Positions 1 to 10,956 are shown, counted from the stretch's first letter. The stretch is 64,000 nucleotides of DNA from Candidatus Hydrogenedentota bacterium (GCA_963674865.2 CAXXYE010000008.1:384001-448000), one strand, 5' to 3'. Translations and numbers: made by a program. The notes: generated by a model not told the origin, from the letters alone.

Positions 1-1569
1 CTCCCGAATATCCCTAATCCCAACTGCGACACGGAAGAGATCGCCCGAGAATGCCTCTGCAACAACCTCGGCGACGCGGGCTATCCGTTTCCATACCAGA
101 TGCTGCGGAAGTACAAGACCTATGGCATTGACAAGTACATTGTCAATCACCATGAGAACTTCTGGCGCCAAGGCGGCGAGAGCTTCACGCTCCGGGCCCG
201 GCCCGCCCCGGGTATCGGGGCGGAGGCCTTGGGGGAGTATGGCGCGTTTGTCAGAGGGCTCGGCTATCGATTCGGCCTTTACTCGAACTATGCTGACCTG
301 GCGCCGGTTAATGCCAACTGGGACGAGAACGCCGTCTGCCTGAATCCAGACGGCACGTGGTTACTCGCCTGGCCACGCAACTACGCCCTCAAGCCCTTGC
401 GTGCCGTGGAATTGGAGGTGAACTACGCCTCCCAGATCCATGGTCGTTACCAGACGACGGCGTCCTGCATTGACGTGCATACCGCACTGACGCCGTGGGA
501 ACGTACCGACTATGACGCGCGCACTCCCGGCGCCGGCATGTTTCGGACTCAATTCGACGCCTATGCCCGGTTGCTGGTCAATGAGAGCAAGATCCATGGG
601 GGACCGGCCTTCAGCGAAGGTAACTACCACTGGTTCTACGCGGGGATCTCGGACGGCAACTATGCGACAATCCTGCCTTTTGGTACAGGCCACGAGACGC
701 CTCCGCTTGTGGACTTTGACTTACTCAAGATGCACACGAAGATGACCGACCTCGGCATGGGCTCCCCCTTCTGCTTCTACGGCTACGAAGGCGAATGGAA
801 CACAGGGGCTTCGCGGCTGTCGGAGAGCTTCGATCGGTTCATCGTGGCTACTATCGCCTATGGTCACTTGGGATACTTAGCCGAATCCTGGGGCTTCGAC
901 GGGCTGCTAAAGTGCTACTATCTCCTTCAAGCCTTGCAGCAGCGCTACGTGCTTGTGCCGGTGACGTCGATTGGCTATTTCGACGGTTCCAGGTTGGTGA
1001 ACACGTCCGAGGCCATCGCGACGGATGCGCTCAAACGCGGACAGATACAGACGGTCTATCAGAACGGCCTGACTACCTGGTGCAATCTGAGTGCCGACGA
1101 CACGTGGTCAGTCGAGGTCGCAGGCCAATCGTACTTGCTGCCGCCGGTCGCCTTTGTCGCGTACCGGCCAGGCGAAATACTGGCCTACTCGGCCATCGTC
1201 AACGGCCACCGCCACGATCTTGTGTCCTGCAAAGACTATCTCTATCTAGACTCACGGGAGGGGGCGGTGGACGCGAGTGTGGTCGGCGTAACTGGCGCGG
1301 TCGCGATCAAGCCGGCTGAAAAGGGGACATGGTGGGTTATCCCTGCCGTGGAAGCAGCGGGCATCACGATCAGCCTTGAATGGCTGGGGGTGCACGGTGC
1401 AGACACGTTTACAACTCAAGCTTATGGCGAGAGCGGAAGCGAAATCGGCCGGGCGTCTGTGCGGTGCGAGGGGAATAGCGTAGTCATACCGCGAGCGCGC
1501 CAGACTGGCGTAGTGAAGTTCCGCCTGTCTTGCGCAGACTCTGACATGAGGTGGGAAAATGAAAACTGA
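1..1569 (+). CDS. 5'-truncated hypothetical protein, probably glycoside hydrolase-like (TIM barrel)
   Basis: Frame is open from base 1. Aromatic-rich catalytic-type segments (FGLYSNYAD, IDVHTA, FSEGNYHW). Overlaps the next gene. Confidence 0.6.
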   Translation, partial: LPNIPNPNCDTEEIARECLCNNLGDAGYPFPYQMLRKYKTYGIDKYIVNHHENFWRQGGESFTLRARPAPGIGAEALGEYGAFVRGLGYRFGLYSNYADLAPVNANWDENAVCLNPDGTWLLAWPRNYALKPLRAVELEVNYASQIHGRYQTTASCIDVHTALTPWERTDYDARTPGAGMFRTQFDAYARLLVNESKIHGGPAFSEGNYHWFYAGISDGNYATILPFGTGHETPPLVDFDLLKMHTKMTDLGMGSPFCFYGYEGEWNTGASRLSESFDRFIVATIAYGHLGYLAESWGFDGLLKCYYLLQALQQRYVLVPVTSIGYFDGSRLVNTSEAIATDALKRGQIQTVYQNGLTTWCNLSADDTWSVEVAGQSYLLPPVAFVAYRPGEILAYSAIVNGHRHDLVSCKDYLYLDSREGAVDASVVGVTGAVAIKPAEKGTWWVIPAVEAAGITISLEWLGVHGADTFTTQAYGESGSEIGRASVRCEGNSVVIPRARQTGVVKFRLSCADSDMRWENEN

Positions 1570-3298
1570 TCGATCCGTCGCTTTTCTTGTTCTTGTGGTC
1601 TCGTTAGCATGTTCGCTCGCGGTTCACGCGGAGACTGGGCCACTTTCCGGGAAGAAGCTCATTGAATACGGCTGGGACGTGCCCACGCTTGAATATGTCG
1701 CGGACAACCTCGCGGCGATGGAAGCCCGCCCGTTTGACGGGGTTATCTTCAAACTCTCGGGTGGAAAGAACGTGCTCGAGCCCCAAGCCGATCCCGCGGA
1801 TCGATTCCAGGACGATTTGAATGTCGCTCCCCGTGTTTCTTGGGGCAACTTCACTGACAATTTCGTGCTGATGCTGTCCGCCTCTGACCAGGACTGGTTT
1901 TCGGATGAACATTGGGAGCACATCACCCGCCGCGCCGCGCAGATGGCCCGCGTGGCCCGTCTTGCGCATTGCGTGGGCGTATGTTTTGATCCCGAGCCCT
2001 ACGGGACTTCGCCGTGGAGCTACCTCGAAGCCGTACATAGGGAAAACATGACCTTCGCGGAATACCAAGCCATGGCGCGCCAGCGGGGCGCTCAGTTTAT
2101 CCAGGCCATTGAAAGCGAACTGCCGGCGCTGAAGGTGCTTACCTTCTTCCTGGATAGCGTGTTCCGAGATCTGCTCCTGCCTATGCCCAACGAACTCCGT
2201 CAGGAACGGCTTTCCCGTCACCGCTACGCCTTGCTGGCGCCTTTTCTTGAAGGCATGCTGGAAGCCTCTTCCCCCAACATGAGATTCATCGACGGAAACG
2301 AGAGCGCCTATTACTATACGGAGGCTCAAGCCTATCTTGAGTCGTACCACACGGTCACCCAGCGTGCCCGCTACTTGGTGAAACCCGAGTATTGGCGTCT
2401 CTACCGGGAGAAAGTTCGCATGGGGCAAGCCCTCTATATGGACTACTACTACGACCTGCGGAAGAGCCAAACCTTGGGAGCCTACTTGGCGCCGGAGGAA
2501 CAGACCCAATGGTTTGAGCACAACGCCTATTGGGCGCTATTCACTACGGATACCTACGTGTGGTGCTATAGCGAGGCCATGGATTGGTGGAAGGATGAGA
2601 ACGTCCCTGCCGGGGCCGAACAAGCCTTGTGCAACGCGCGGCTCGCGGTGGACACCGGGAGAACCTTGTCGTTCGACATTGCACCGGCCCTTGCGACCGC
2701 CGGAAACCGGAGAGAAGCGGCCCAAGAGGATGGCATAATGGTGAAGCGAAGCGCATGGATTCCCCGCTTGCCGGAATCGGCCGCGCCACCTCGCGTGGAA
2801 GGCGTCCTCGATGATGCGGTGTGGGACGACGGTGTGGCGCTCGAGCCCTTTGTTCCCCCCGTCAACCATCCCGCGCCTGTTACGGCGCAAACGGAAGTGC
2901 GGTTGCTCTACGATGACCATGGAATCTATGTGGGCGCCCGATGTCTGTATCCCTCGGGAGGTCAAGCTGCTCCCGGGGAACGCCTCCAAGTGTCCTTCAA
3001 ACCCTTGGGATACCGGGATGAATTGTGCTGCGTCGTATTGACGCCGGAAGGGACCGTCTCCATTGAGAAGGCCCCCGCGGAATTCTGCCAGGGGGCCGCG
3101 AGAAGCGGCGCGGAGGCATGGACTGCGGAAGTCTTCCTGTCCTGGGAGGCCTTCCAAATCTCCGGTCTCTCCCCGAGACTGCGGGTTCGCGGCAACGTGG
3201 GACGATGCTACGGCCAGGAAGAAGCGCTCAGCAGTTGGCGGTCCGTTCTGGATGGGTTTGAAGAACCCCTGAGCATGGGGAGTTGGTACTTCCGTTGA
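1559..3298 (+). CDS. Secreted hypothetical protein, TIM-barrel-like N-terminus with C-terminal CBM9/DOMON-like sugar-binding domain
   Basis: Signal peptide. PxVEGVLDDAVW and TEVRLLYDDHGIYVGARC are CBM9-like motifs. Confidence 0.65.
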   Translation: MKTDRSVAFLVLVVSLACSLAVHAETGPLSGKKLIEYGWDVPTLEYVADNLAAMEARPFDGVIFKLSGGKNVLEPQADPADRFQDDLNVAPRVSWGNFTDNFVLMLSASDQDWFSDEHWEHITRRAAQMARVARLAHCVGVCFDPEPYGTSPWSYLEAVHRENMTFAEYQAMARQRGAQFIQAIESELPALKVLTFFLDSVFRDLLLPMPNELRQERLSRHRYALLAPFLEGMLEASSPNMRFIDGNESAYYYTEAQAYLESYHTVTQRARYLVKPEYWRLYREKVRMGQALYMDYYYDLRKSQTLGAYLAPEEQTQWFEHNAYWALFTTDTYVWCYSEAMDWWKDENVPAGAEQALCNARLAVDTGRTLSFDIAPALATAGNRREAAQEDGIMVKRSAWIPRLPESAAPPRVEGVLDDAVWDDGVALEPFVPPVNHPAPVTAQTEVRLLYDDHGIYVGARCLYPSGGQAAPGERLQVSFKPLGYRDELCCVVLTPEGTVSIEKAPAEFCQGAARSGAEAWTAEVFLSWEAFQISGLSPRLRVRGNVGRCYGQEEALSSWRSVLDGFEEPLSMGSWYFR

Positions 3299-3554
3299 TG
3301 CGCCAATCATGCTCTTGGATGGGGGCAGTGCTGCCAAATGACGAATGCCTTGGGCGGCCAGAAAACGAAGACGGCGAAGCGCGGGTCCGAAAGCAGAGGG
3401 GTTCAGTCTACGGGAGGCACGCTCGCTCCCGCTACCTTAGAATGACTTCCTGTCTGCGGACTTCTCGTTGGCCAGGATTTCCCCGCTGTTCAGCTTCCCG
3501 TTCATCGCGTCCATTCGAAACGGCGCGCTGGCATCGTAGTGGTCCTTGTTGGTG

Positions 3555-4514
3555 TCAAGACCCGCGTAGAGAATCCCGGGGCTGGAAATCAGACGCGTAA
3601 TGCTCCGCAAGCGCTTCCTTGCTGCCCTTGAACCAGTAGATCTTCCCCCGGAAAGCCCGTTTGGAGAAGGGCGGGATATTGCCGATATTGACGACGGCAT
3701 GCAGACAGTCTGCCGGATGATGATCGGTCACGTGCGAGGTACGTTCCCAGCAGATCCCGCACACCCACTGGCCCTTCTCATCCGTCCGCGCTATCAGCGG
3801 GCAGTCAATCGGTTCCAGCATCTTAGCGTCGTAAGGTCCGACCCGTTCCTGCAGCGTTCCATTTGTGCGCGAGAGATCGACGGCCAGACCGGAGGGTGTT
3901 CTCGCGCCCACCGCATCTTTGCCGGCAGGGAGGCTCTGCCACACGCCATCGCGAAGGACATGCGTGAGGCTAGTCCGTGGCGTCCCTTCTTTCTCCCACA
4001 AGTCATATTCGCTGAACGCGGGCGTGCAGGCGACCTCCTTGCGCCAACCGATGTTGCCCTCCCCACTCATGCGAAAGCACTGCTGCACGCCGTAGTAGGC
4101 CGGCAAACCCTCGCCAAAGGTCTCGACAACGAGACATATTTCGACGCCGTCTTCCACGGGCTTCATGTAGAAGCGCCAGCTCTGCTTGCTCCAGTGGGCA
4201 TCCTTCTCGATGATCTGCTCATAGGTGAAAATGTCAGGAGTGCTTGCGTACTCCTCCTCCAATCTCTCCGTCTGTTCCGGATCGAATCCAGCCTCCTGCG
4301 CGCTGAGTGGCACATCGCCGAAGATCATGGGCGTATGTTCAAAGAACCGATAGCCAATGTGGTTTCCGGCATGCTCGCCATTGCGTATGGTCGCGAAGCC
4401 TTCTCGGACTTTGACCATCTCAATTTCGATTGGGGATTCCTGGGCAAGGGCTGTGCCGAAAGGCATACACCCAACTAACAGGTAGGACAGCACCATCTCG
4501 CGTCTTGGCCTCAT
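3555..4514 (-). CDS. Secreted hypothetical protein
   Basis: 319-aa ORF with signal-peptide-like N-terminus (ALA-Q) and natural composition. Confidence 0.65.
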   Translation of the reverse strand: MRPRREMVLSYLLVGCMPFGTALAQESPIEIEMVKVREGFATIRNGEHAGNHIGYRFFEHTPMIFGDVPLSAQEAGFDPEQTERLEEEYASTPDIFTYEQIIEKDAHWSKQSWRFYMKPVEDGVEICLVVETFGEGLPAYYGVQQCFRMSGEGNIGWRKEVACTPAFSEYDLWEKEGTPRTSLTHVLRDGVWQSLPAGKDAVGARTPSGLAVDLSRTNGTLQERVGPYDAKMLEPIDCPLIARTDEKGQWVCGICWERTSHVTDHHPADCLHAVVNIGNIPPFSKRAFRGKIYWFKGSKEALAEHYASDFQPRDSLRGS

Positions 4515-5024
4515 AGCTATTCTCCGGTCTTGCTTCAGACTGTACCGGCTTGAATTCGCGGCCGCTGGGGTACGGCTAATCCAGCGGCTCGAACATTGTG
4601 GCTTCGGAAGTGGATTATAGTACCATCAAGATCTTTGTTCGCAAGAATTCTCGAGTTTGCGGCTATCCGACAATCATCAAGACACCGGTTGATTGGAGCT
4701 TAGCATTCCATTGACTGATGGTAATCTTGTGCGAATTCATACGGCGTCGCGATGGCAGGACTTGTTGATGCCGCCCAGATGCTGTTCTGTAGTGAACGTG
4801 CCCACCCTATGCGCGTTGGCAAGCGTTAACACGCCTCTACCCAACGACGAGGAAGGAGGTGACATTGCGCCCTTGTTCGCAGAAGGCAAGGGTTCCGTGA
4901 AGCACCCAAACAAGGCCTTTGTCTTCTATTTCACACACTCGCATCGGACGAGCTAAGGAGATAGTCAGTAGGCTCCAAGCCTAAGAGAGTCGAGACAAGA
5001 AGGGTGCCGCGCAGCGCCTCCCTT

Positions 5025-5405
5025 TCAGGATTCGACCATAGCGAAGAATCGCCGCACCTGGGCCGAATGTGAACGCAACTGTGCGAGCCCGCGCAGGCGG
5101 CGCTCCGAGAGGGCACGTACAGATCTCCTGTCCTTTAGCTGCAGGAGGTGTTCCTGAATCTCTGGCGCGAGGTCGAGAAGATTCATGATTTGGGTGACCC
5201 GAGCGCGGCTTAGTCCGTAGCGTTTGGCGAGCTCACTTCGGTTGTTAACCAGTTCTCGCTCGAGCATTTTCTGAAACTCAAGAGCGAGATGAATCGGATG
5301 AAGCGCCGGCTCATTCTCGTCCCGTAAGTCACTTTCCTTCGGCGGCTTAGCCAGGAACACCAAATAGCTCGACCAGTTCTCACATATGGCCGGAACGGGG
5401 AGCCA
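5025..5405 (-). pseudogene. ParB/Spo0J-like HTH coding segment without a clear start, reading from a tRNA-3'-end-like core
   Basis: PIHLALEFQKML...SELAKRYGLSRARVTQIMNLLDLAPEIQ...SERRLR. WLP codons are the reverse complement of GGGGAGCCA. Confidence 0.6.
5396..5405 (+). repeat. tRNA 3'-end-like att core CGGGGAGCCA (copy 1)
   Basis: Identical to 10759-10768 and similar to CCCGAGGAGCCA at 10935-10946 and 11292-11303. Ends in CCA. Confidence 0.5.
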
Positions 5406-5823
5406 GACACAGCACTCCAGCGAAACCGCCGCTGTGGCCAACGCCGGAGTCTTCGGATACGCGCCCTGCATGGCTCAGACGGTCATGCAGGGCAGCTTCT
5501 TCTCTGTTCGGCCTATCTTTGCGTTCATTCCGTCTCCCTTAACATCCTACCCGCAAAGCGGTAGGCAATAGGTCCGCGTTTCAAGGGGACGGCGAAAGGC
5601 TTCTGCGGCATTCCCGGTCAGGCGGTATCCACCTGAGCTTGAGGCAAGATGTCCGTTTGTACGAATCGATTAGCAGACTCTCGACGGCGTGACCGACCAA
5701 TGTTCGTATGTGCAATGCACGTATCCTTGGTGTCAGTCAGGATAGCCCTGCGGGAGAAGGCGTTACGAAACTGTTGACGGATCAGGGGTGAAAATCTAAG
5801 TCTACATTAAGTCCGTGGATTAG

Positions 5824-6345
5824 GTGCGGCTGCAGTTGTTCACCTTGGCATACAACCTGGGCAACTTCCTTCGGAGATTGGCGCTACCTCGGAGTGTAAA
5901 GCACTGGTCGCTCACGACATTGAGGGAGAAGCTGATTAAGATCGGTGCCAAGGTGGTGACCCACGCACGCTACGTCACGTTTCAGATGGCCGAGGTGGCT
6001 ATCCCCAGGCGCTTGTTCGCAGCGATGCTTCATCGCCTCAGCAGACCGGGGCTGACGCTGCCAGTGTTGACGTGACCTTCGCGGTGTTCGCAGGAATGGA
6101 AATGACGCAGAACCCAGTGGAGAAGTCCGCCACAATTCGCACGAACAGCCCTGCCGGTCGTTCCCGGTGGCTATTATTGGGCCGTGAACGACTTCGAAGA
6201 GCCACCATAGCTGCAGAATTGGCACCCGTTGCGTCAAGCGAAAGAGTATCCCAAATGGTGGCATTGACGGCATCGGCAACAAGGAGTACATTGGCAGAAG
6301 ATGAGCCTGGGGTGGTCCCAGGCGTTTCCATATGGGAAATCTCGG
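5824..6345 (+). mobile_element. IS1380-family remnant: transposase C-terminus (5824-6075) plus right end
   Basis: RLQLFTLAYNLGNFLRRLALP...WSLTTLREKLIKIGAKVV.HARYVTFQMAEV is typical of IS1380 transposase C-termini. The end sequence recurs inverted at 14041. Confidence 0.8.
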
Positions 6346-6410
6346 GTTACTTTGGGCTTGTGGCCCTTGTTGGTTTCATAACCCTCAGCAATGAACCGGA
6401 GTCTATCACC

Positions 6411-8555
6411 ATGTCAGTTGCCCGTTCTCGTCTTCCGCATACCCACCCCAACCGGAAGCGGCGCGTAGTCGCGGCGTTGCTGGCGCTCACGCTCTTGCCC
6501 CTTGCTGCGTTCGCCGTCGACCCCCTGCCGTTACCCGAGGAATTCGACCCCGAGGCGAACCTGATGGGGGAGGCGTGGCACGGCCGGTCGTACCATTCCG
6601 TGCGCCATTCGGCGCGGTTGGCGGAGGAACTGGTGGCGAACGGCGCGCCCGAGGACATCGCCGTGGCGGAGCGGATCCTCGACGTTGTCCTGGCGTGTCA
6701 GAGCCGCAACCCCGAGGACGCGCATTATGGCAATTATCTGTGGATGCTCGAAAGCCCCATCGTGCAGGATCTCAACGCGGTGGCCTTCACCCAACGCTAT
6801 CTGATTCCGCTGGCGATTCGCCATCGCGACCGCTTATCGACCGATACCCGCGAGCGGCTGTTAGAGAGCATCCGACTGGGCACGCAGGCGATCCGGCGGA
6901 TGGACGTGGCGGTGACGTATACGAACGTCGCGGCGATGCACATCCTGAGCGCGTGTTTGGGCGGGGAAGTACTTGGCGACGCGGACATGGCGGCGTACGG
7001 ATACGACAAGATGGCGCGGTTCGCGGCCCAGTTCGCCGAAAACGGCACGGTTTATGAGTTCAACAGCCCCGGCTACGTGCGCGTTACGACGGATGCCCTC
7101 GACCGCCTGGCCGATCTGGTCGAACACGAGCCGACCCGGGTTCGGGCGCGGGCGATGCTCGCACGAATCGGGCTGAGCACGGCGCTGCGGATTCACCGGC
7201 CCTCGGGGTACCTTACCGGACCGAACAGCCGGTCGAAATACAGCTTCACCGTGTGCGACGGCGACCCGGAGATCGGCTTTGTACGGGAATGGATCGCCGA
7301 GGGCGTGGTGCCGGTCTGGATTGAGGCGGTGCTCGTCCACGACTTCGCGCCGGGGCAGATCGACGAGACGGCCAGCGCGCGTTGGCGCCTCGGGACCGCG
7401 GCCTACGTGTCCGACAGCTTCGTGATGGGTCTTGCCACCCGCGAGATCAGCCGGCAAACCAATGTGTTCACGGCGCATTGCCGCGTGCCTGGCGAGGAAC
7501 GCCCGGCCGCCCTGCTTTCCCGCTACCTGATCGACGATACGTGGTTCGGCGATCCCATGCAGGCCGCCGACCGCGGTAATCGGCCGGGCCTGAGCGACGC
7601 GGGCAAGTTTCTGGGCGTGCAGAGTGGCCCGCGCGTCATCGGCCTGTATGCGCCGCGCACGCTCCAGCATCCGGACAGCCTGTCGCCCGCGAGCCAGAAC
7701 CGATTCCGGAGCGCCAAGGCGGTCCTGGTCTGGAGTCCGCACCGCGCCATCGACGGCGTTTGGATCGACGAGGAACCCGCGGAGATCTTTCCCGCCGATG
7801 TCCCCCCGGGCAGTGTCGTCGTCGTGGCGATGGGCGATGCCCTGACCGCCATCCAGCCACTCACCATCAGCGATTTGGGCTACGGCGCGCCGGTTCGCCT
7901 GAATCAAGTTGGGGACGAGTTGGTTCTCGAAATGTACAACTACCTGGGGCCCGAAAAGGTGTTCTGGAACATGGAACCGGTCAGCCGGTTCTACCAAGGC
8001 GAAGTGCAATGCGGATTCTACGCGGAGCTGGCCGAACGATCGGATTATCCAGACGGTGCGGCCTTCGCCAAGGCCGTCGCGTCCGGCACGGTTACCGACA
8101 CCGTCGACGCAGCCTTTACCACCTACCTGGATCTGGTCGACGGGAAACGGGTGTGGTCCGTTGAGTACGTCCGTGACGGCGAAGCCCTCGGCATCGAGAT
8201 CGATCTCATGCACTGGGATCTCCTGAAGCGCTGGACCCATGAAGAGGAACTCGGTTGGCCCATGCTCGAATCGCCCGTGGCCCGGCAGAACGCCACCGGC
8301 CGGGTAACCGTGGGCAACGCTACGCTCCGATGCGGCAAACACCCCGCCTGGCTCTATGCCAATCCCGAGGCCCGCCTGTGGGTCGCCGGGTACTCCGGCG
8401 ACGCCAAGCCCCTGAAGCTCGAACTGCCCGAGGGCTCCGTCCGCGTCAAGGCCATGGGTACCGGCACGGTCGTGTGGGACAAGGGAATCGTACACATCGA
8501 CGCCGTCGGCCTCCGCGGTCCCGTCAAGGTAAAGGGCGGCACGCTGGCTGAGTAG
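6411..8555 (+). CDS. Large secreted hypothetical protein (alpha-helical N-terminal region)
   Basis: The ORF track start (6072) runs through the IS end. ATG at 6411 precedes RKRR plus a hydrophobic signal (AFA-V). Strong GC3 coding bias. Confidence 0.7.
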   Translation: MSVARSRLPHTHPNRKRRVVAALLALTLLPLAAFAVDPLPLPEEFDPEANLMGEAWHGRSYHSVRHSARLAEELVANGAPEDIAVAERILDVVLACQSRNPEDAHYGNYLWMLESPIVQDLNAVAFTQRYLIPLAIRHRDRLSTDTRERLLESIRLGTQAIRRMDVAVTYTNVAAMHILSACLGGEVLGDADMAAYGYDKMARFAAQFAENGTVYEFNSPGYVRVTTDALDRLADLVEHEPTRVRARAMLARIGLSTALRIHRPSGYLTGPNSRSKYSFTVCDGDPEIGFVREWIAEGVVPVWIEAVLVHDFAPGQIDETASARWRLGTAAYVSDSFVMGLATREISRQTNVFTAHCRVPGEERPAALLSRYLIDDTWFGDPMQAADRGNRPGLSDAGKFLGVQSGPRVIGLYAPRTLQHPDSLSPASQNRFRSAKAVLVWSPHRAIDGVWIDEEPAEIFPADVPPGSVVVVAMGDALTAIQPLTISDLGYGAPVRLNQVGDELVLEMYNYLGPEKVFWNMEPVSRFYQGEVQCGFYAELAERSDYPDGAAFAKAVASGTVTDTVDAAFTTYLDLVDGKRVWSVEYVRDGEALGIEIDLMHWDLLKRWTHEEELGWPMLESPVARQNATGRVTVGNATLRCGKHPAWLYANPEARLWVAGYSGDAKPLKLELPEGSVRVKAMGTGTVVWDKGIVHIDAVGLRGPVKVKGGTLAE

Positions 8556-8701
8556 ACCGGCGCCAAACAGAATGCCGGCTACGCGACGGTTCCAGCGCCT
8601 CTCGCTCTCGTGATACGTTGCCATCACGCACGTTCGGCCCGTACACTGGGGAGAATCGACGAGGGAGGAGCGCGTTATGGTGTGGAAGGAGAAAGAAGCA
8701 G

Positions 8702-9988
8702 ATGACGCATCTAGATGCTGACGTGATTGTAGTGGGAGGAGGGAGCGCTGGGACCTCCGCTGCCGTGGCCGCTGGACGTGCTGGCGCATCTGTTATGCTC
8801 ATTGAGGCGGGCAACTGCCTAGGCGGGACCTCCACCGCCGGACTGGTTGCTACATGGTACGCATCGATGGACGGTCTGGGGAGCGTGTACGACGATTTCG
8901 TGGCGATGTTGGATCAGTTCGGCGCGCGGGAAGACAGCTCGTTCGGCTACGGGGGGATGTTCAATGCGGAGACGGGTAAGCTCGTATGGCAGCTGCTGGC
9001 GGAGAATGCCGGTGCCCGGGTGCTATTTCACTCGACACCGTGTGCGGCAGATGTGTCTAGAGGCCGAGTGCAAGGCCTCCACGTGTTCTCACGGGCTGAG
9101 ACATACCGGGTGTCGGGGCGGTTCGTCATCGACGCCACAGGGGAGGGCGATTTCTGCGCACTGGCCGGCGCGCAGTTCGCCAAAGGCGATCCTGACGAGG
9201 GCCGCACACTCCACATGAGCCTCGTGGCGACGCTCTTCGACACAGGGAAGCCAGTGACACCCTATCTACCACCGGATCTGGAACCAATTGAGACGGAGAA
9301 GGATCTGCCGGGGCTGAGCGGCCCACACCCCATGGCCGACGGGCGGTTCTACCTGAACATGACCAAAGTCATGGGGCACGACCCCACCGATCCGTTAAGC
9401 CTCTCCGCGGCGGAGCTCGAAGCGCGGAGACAGCTGGCGCGTGTCGTGCACTATCTCCAGCGGACGAAGTGCCCGCGGCACATGCTTGGCTCAACGGGCT
9501 CGCGCATCGGCATCCGCGAGGGCCGCCGCGTGCTCGGGGACTATGTCCTCACCGAAGACGACGTGCTGGGCGATGGAACGACATTTGACGACGGGATTGC
9601 GGTAGCCACGTGCCAGATCGACTTCCACAGTCTAACGAGACCGGGTATGGTGGGCTGGCGCAAACGCGTGAAACCGTACGGGATTCCGTTCCGATCGTTG
9701 GTGGTGAGTGGCTTCGATAACGTGCTGGTAGCGGGTAAGTGTATCAGCGGCGATCAGGTGGCGCAGAGCAGCTACCGGATGACACCCACGTGCGTGGGGA
9801 TGGGACAGGCCGCCGGGACGGCGGCGGCGATGGCGGCCGCGCGGAAACTTGGCAGCATCAAGGATCTGCCCGTGGGCGAGTTGCGCCGCACACTGACGGA
9901 CGCCGGGGTGGAACTTGACCCAGCGAAGCATAAGGCGTTCCCGCCCACTGCAGAGAGCGAAACACCTGACCGCGAAGGCGCGCGGTGA
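8702..9988 (+). CDS. FAD-dependent oxidoreductase (FAD_oxidored family)
   Basis: DVIVVGGGSAG dinucleotide motif, LGGTSTAG, IDATGEGD, IREGRR, YGIPFRSL, AGKCIS. Confidence 0.9.
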   Translation: MTHLDADVIVVGGGSAGTSAAVAAGRAGASVMLIEAGNCLGGTSTAGLVATWYASMDGLGSVYDDFVAMLDQFGAREDSSFGYGGMFNAETGKLVWQLLAENAGARVLFHSTPCAADVSRGRVQGLHVFSRAETYRVSGRFVIDATGEGDFCALAGAQFAKGDPDEGRTLHMSLVATLFDTGKPVTPYLPPDLEPIETEKDLPGLSGPHPMADGRFYLNMTKVMGHDPTDPLSLSAAELEARRQLARVVHYLQRTKCPRHMLGSTGSRIGIREGRRVLGDYVLTEDDVLGDGTTFDDGIAVATCQIDFHSLTRPGMVGWRKRVKPYGIPFRSLVVSGFDNVLVAGKCISGDQVAQSSYRMTPTCVGMGQAAGTAAAMAAARKLGSIKDLPVGELRRTLTDAGVELDPAKHKAFPPTAESETPDREGAR

Positions 9989-10348
9989 TGCAGCAGTAGC
10001 ATAGTATCGGTGGAGCGCACCATGCACCCAGTGCGTCGGTGCGTTTCGGGATCGTGGAGAAACGCGCGTTGTTCGGCGTGGTCAGGGTCTTGCGGCGGTT
10101 GACTGCCCATAGCGTGGGTGGGATTTGGCCGCGTGGTCATTATGGGCCATGAGCTGCCGTATGTGCAGTCTACGCCTATAACGCGTGAGGTCAGTGGGAA
10201 CGCCCGTTTCTCGAACCCAGTAGTGCATGAAGAGACGGCAACTACCTGTGGGGTACCACCCCGCAGGTCGATTCGGTCATGGGCTATGGAACCACGAGTT
10301 CGATCCGACCGTCTCCTCCATGCCGCGTTACCAGGGCTTGGCGTCATA

Positions 10349-10768
10349 TTACCGGAGAGCATGGAATTTCTCTCTAATGCGCCGAAAGGCCTCAAGTTTC
10401 TCTCTCCTGGAGGCGAGCCGGGTGACCGGGCGTAGGCGTCTTTCCGTGTAGAAGGCAATCTGAGCCCGGTCTTTGGCGGCACTCAATTCCGCGACCATGG
10501 CTGGCGGGAGTTTCAGCAGATTCAACAGCTGCGTGACCCGACTCCGCGTCAGCCCAATCTTCCGCGCAAGGTGTGACTGACTGTTAACCTCATCCAGCAT
10601 CTTCCGAAATGCCAGAGCTAGCGTTACCGGGTTGACCGGCTCAGGTCTATCCTGCTTGGTCGGAGGTGTTACGGCGTATATGACATTGCGATCGCGGAAG
10701 TTACGAAACACTGGCACCACAAGCCATCCCCTGGGGATGTTTCGCTGAGTTCGCAATACGGGGAGCCA
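10349..10768 (-). pseudogene. Second ParB/Spo0J-like HTH coding segment reading from a tRNA-3'-end-like core
   Basis: NPVTLALAFRKML...SQSHLARKIGLTRSRVTQLLNLLKLPP...TERRLR. Paralogous to 5025-5405, with WLP in frame at the core. Confidence 0.6.
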
Positions 10769-10778
10769 GATTGTCCTT

Positions 10779-10805
10779 CGGCCACCCGCATGGGTGGCCG
10801 TTTTT
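10779..10805 (+). terminator. Intrinsic terminator hairpin (copy 1)
   Basis: CGGCCACCC-gcat-GGGTGGCCG followed by T5. Confidence 0.75.
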
Positions 10806-10956
10806 GCTATACGGGTGGCTGTTAATCCCGCCTGCGGCGGGACCTGCGGCCCAGTCACAGGCCGAGGCGCAGCCGAGATGCCGCGCCACCGGCGCGGTAT
10901 TCGAGTCCAGTCGCCGATCCCGCCTGCGGCGGGACCCGAGGAGCCAGATAGTCCTT

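Noticed and set aside
4850..4900. Strong SD (AGGAGGT) with an 11-codon ORF and hairpin, possible type I toxin or leader peptide
   Set aside because: The peptide is not hydrophobic or recognisable, and there is no supporting context.
5580..5740. Serine-recombinase C-terminal remnant upstream of the first WLP core
   Set aside because: Short stop-bounded frame with no diagnostic motif.
6072..6410. N-terminal extension of the 827-aa ORF
   Set aside because: It runs through IS1380 end DNA; the signal peptide indicates a start at 6411.
10100..10260. Decayed tyrosine-integrase C-terminus on the minus strand
   Set aside because: Only faint motif echoes needing several frameshifts; not distinguishable from chance.
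10800..10950. Intact tRNA-Asn gene
   Set aside because: The 5' acceptor strand and D-arm are missing and the 3' half is interrupted by palindromes; only fragments remain.
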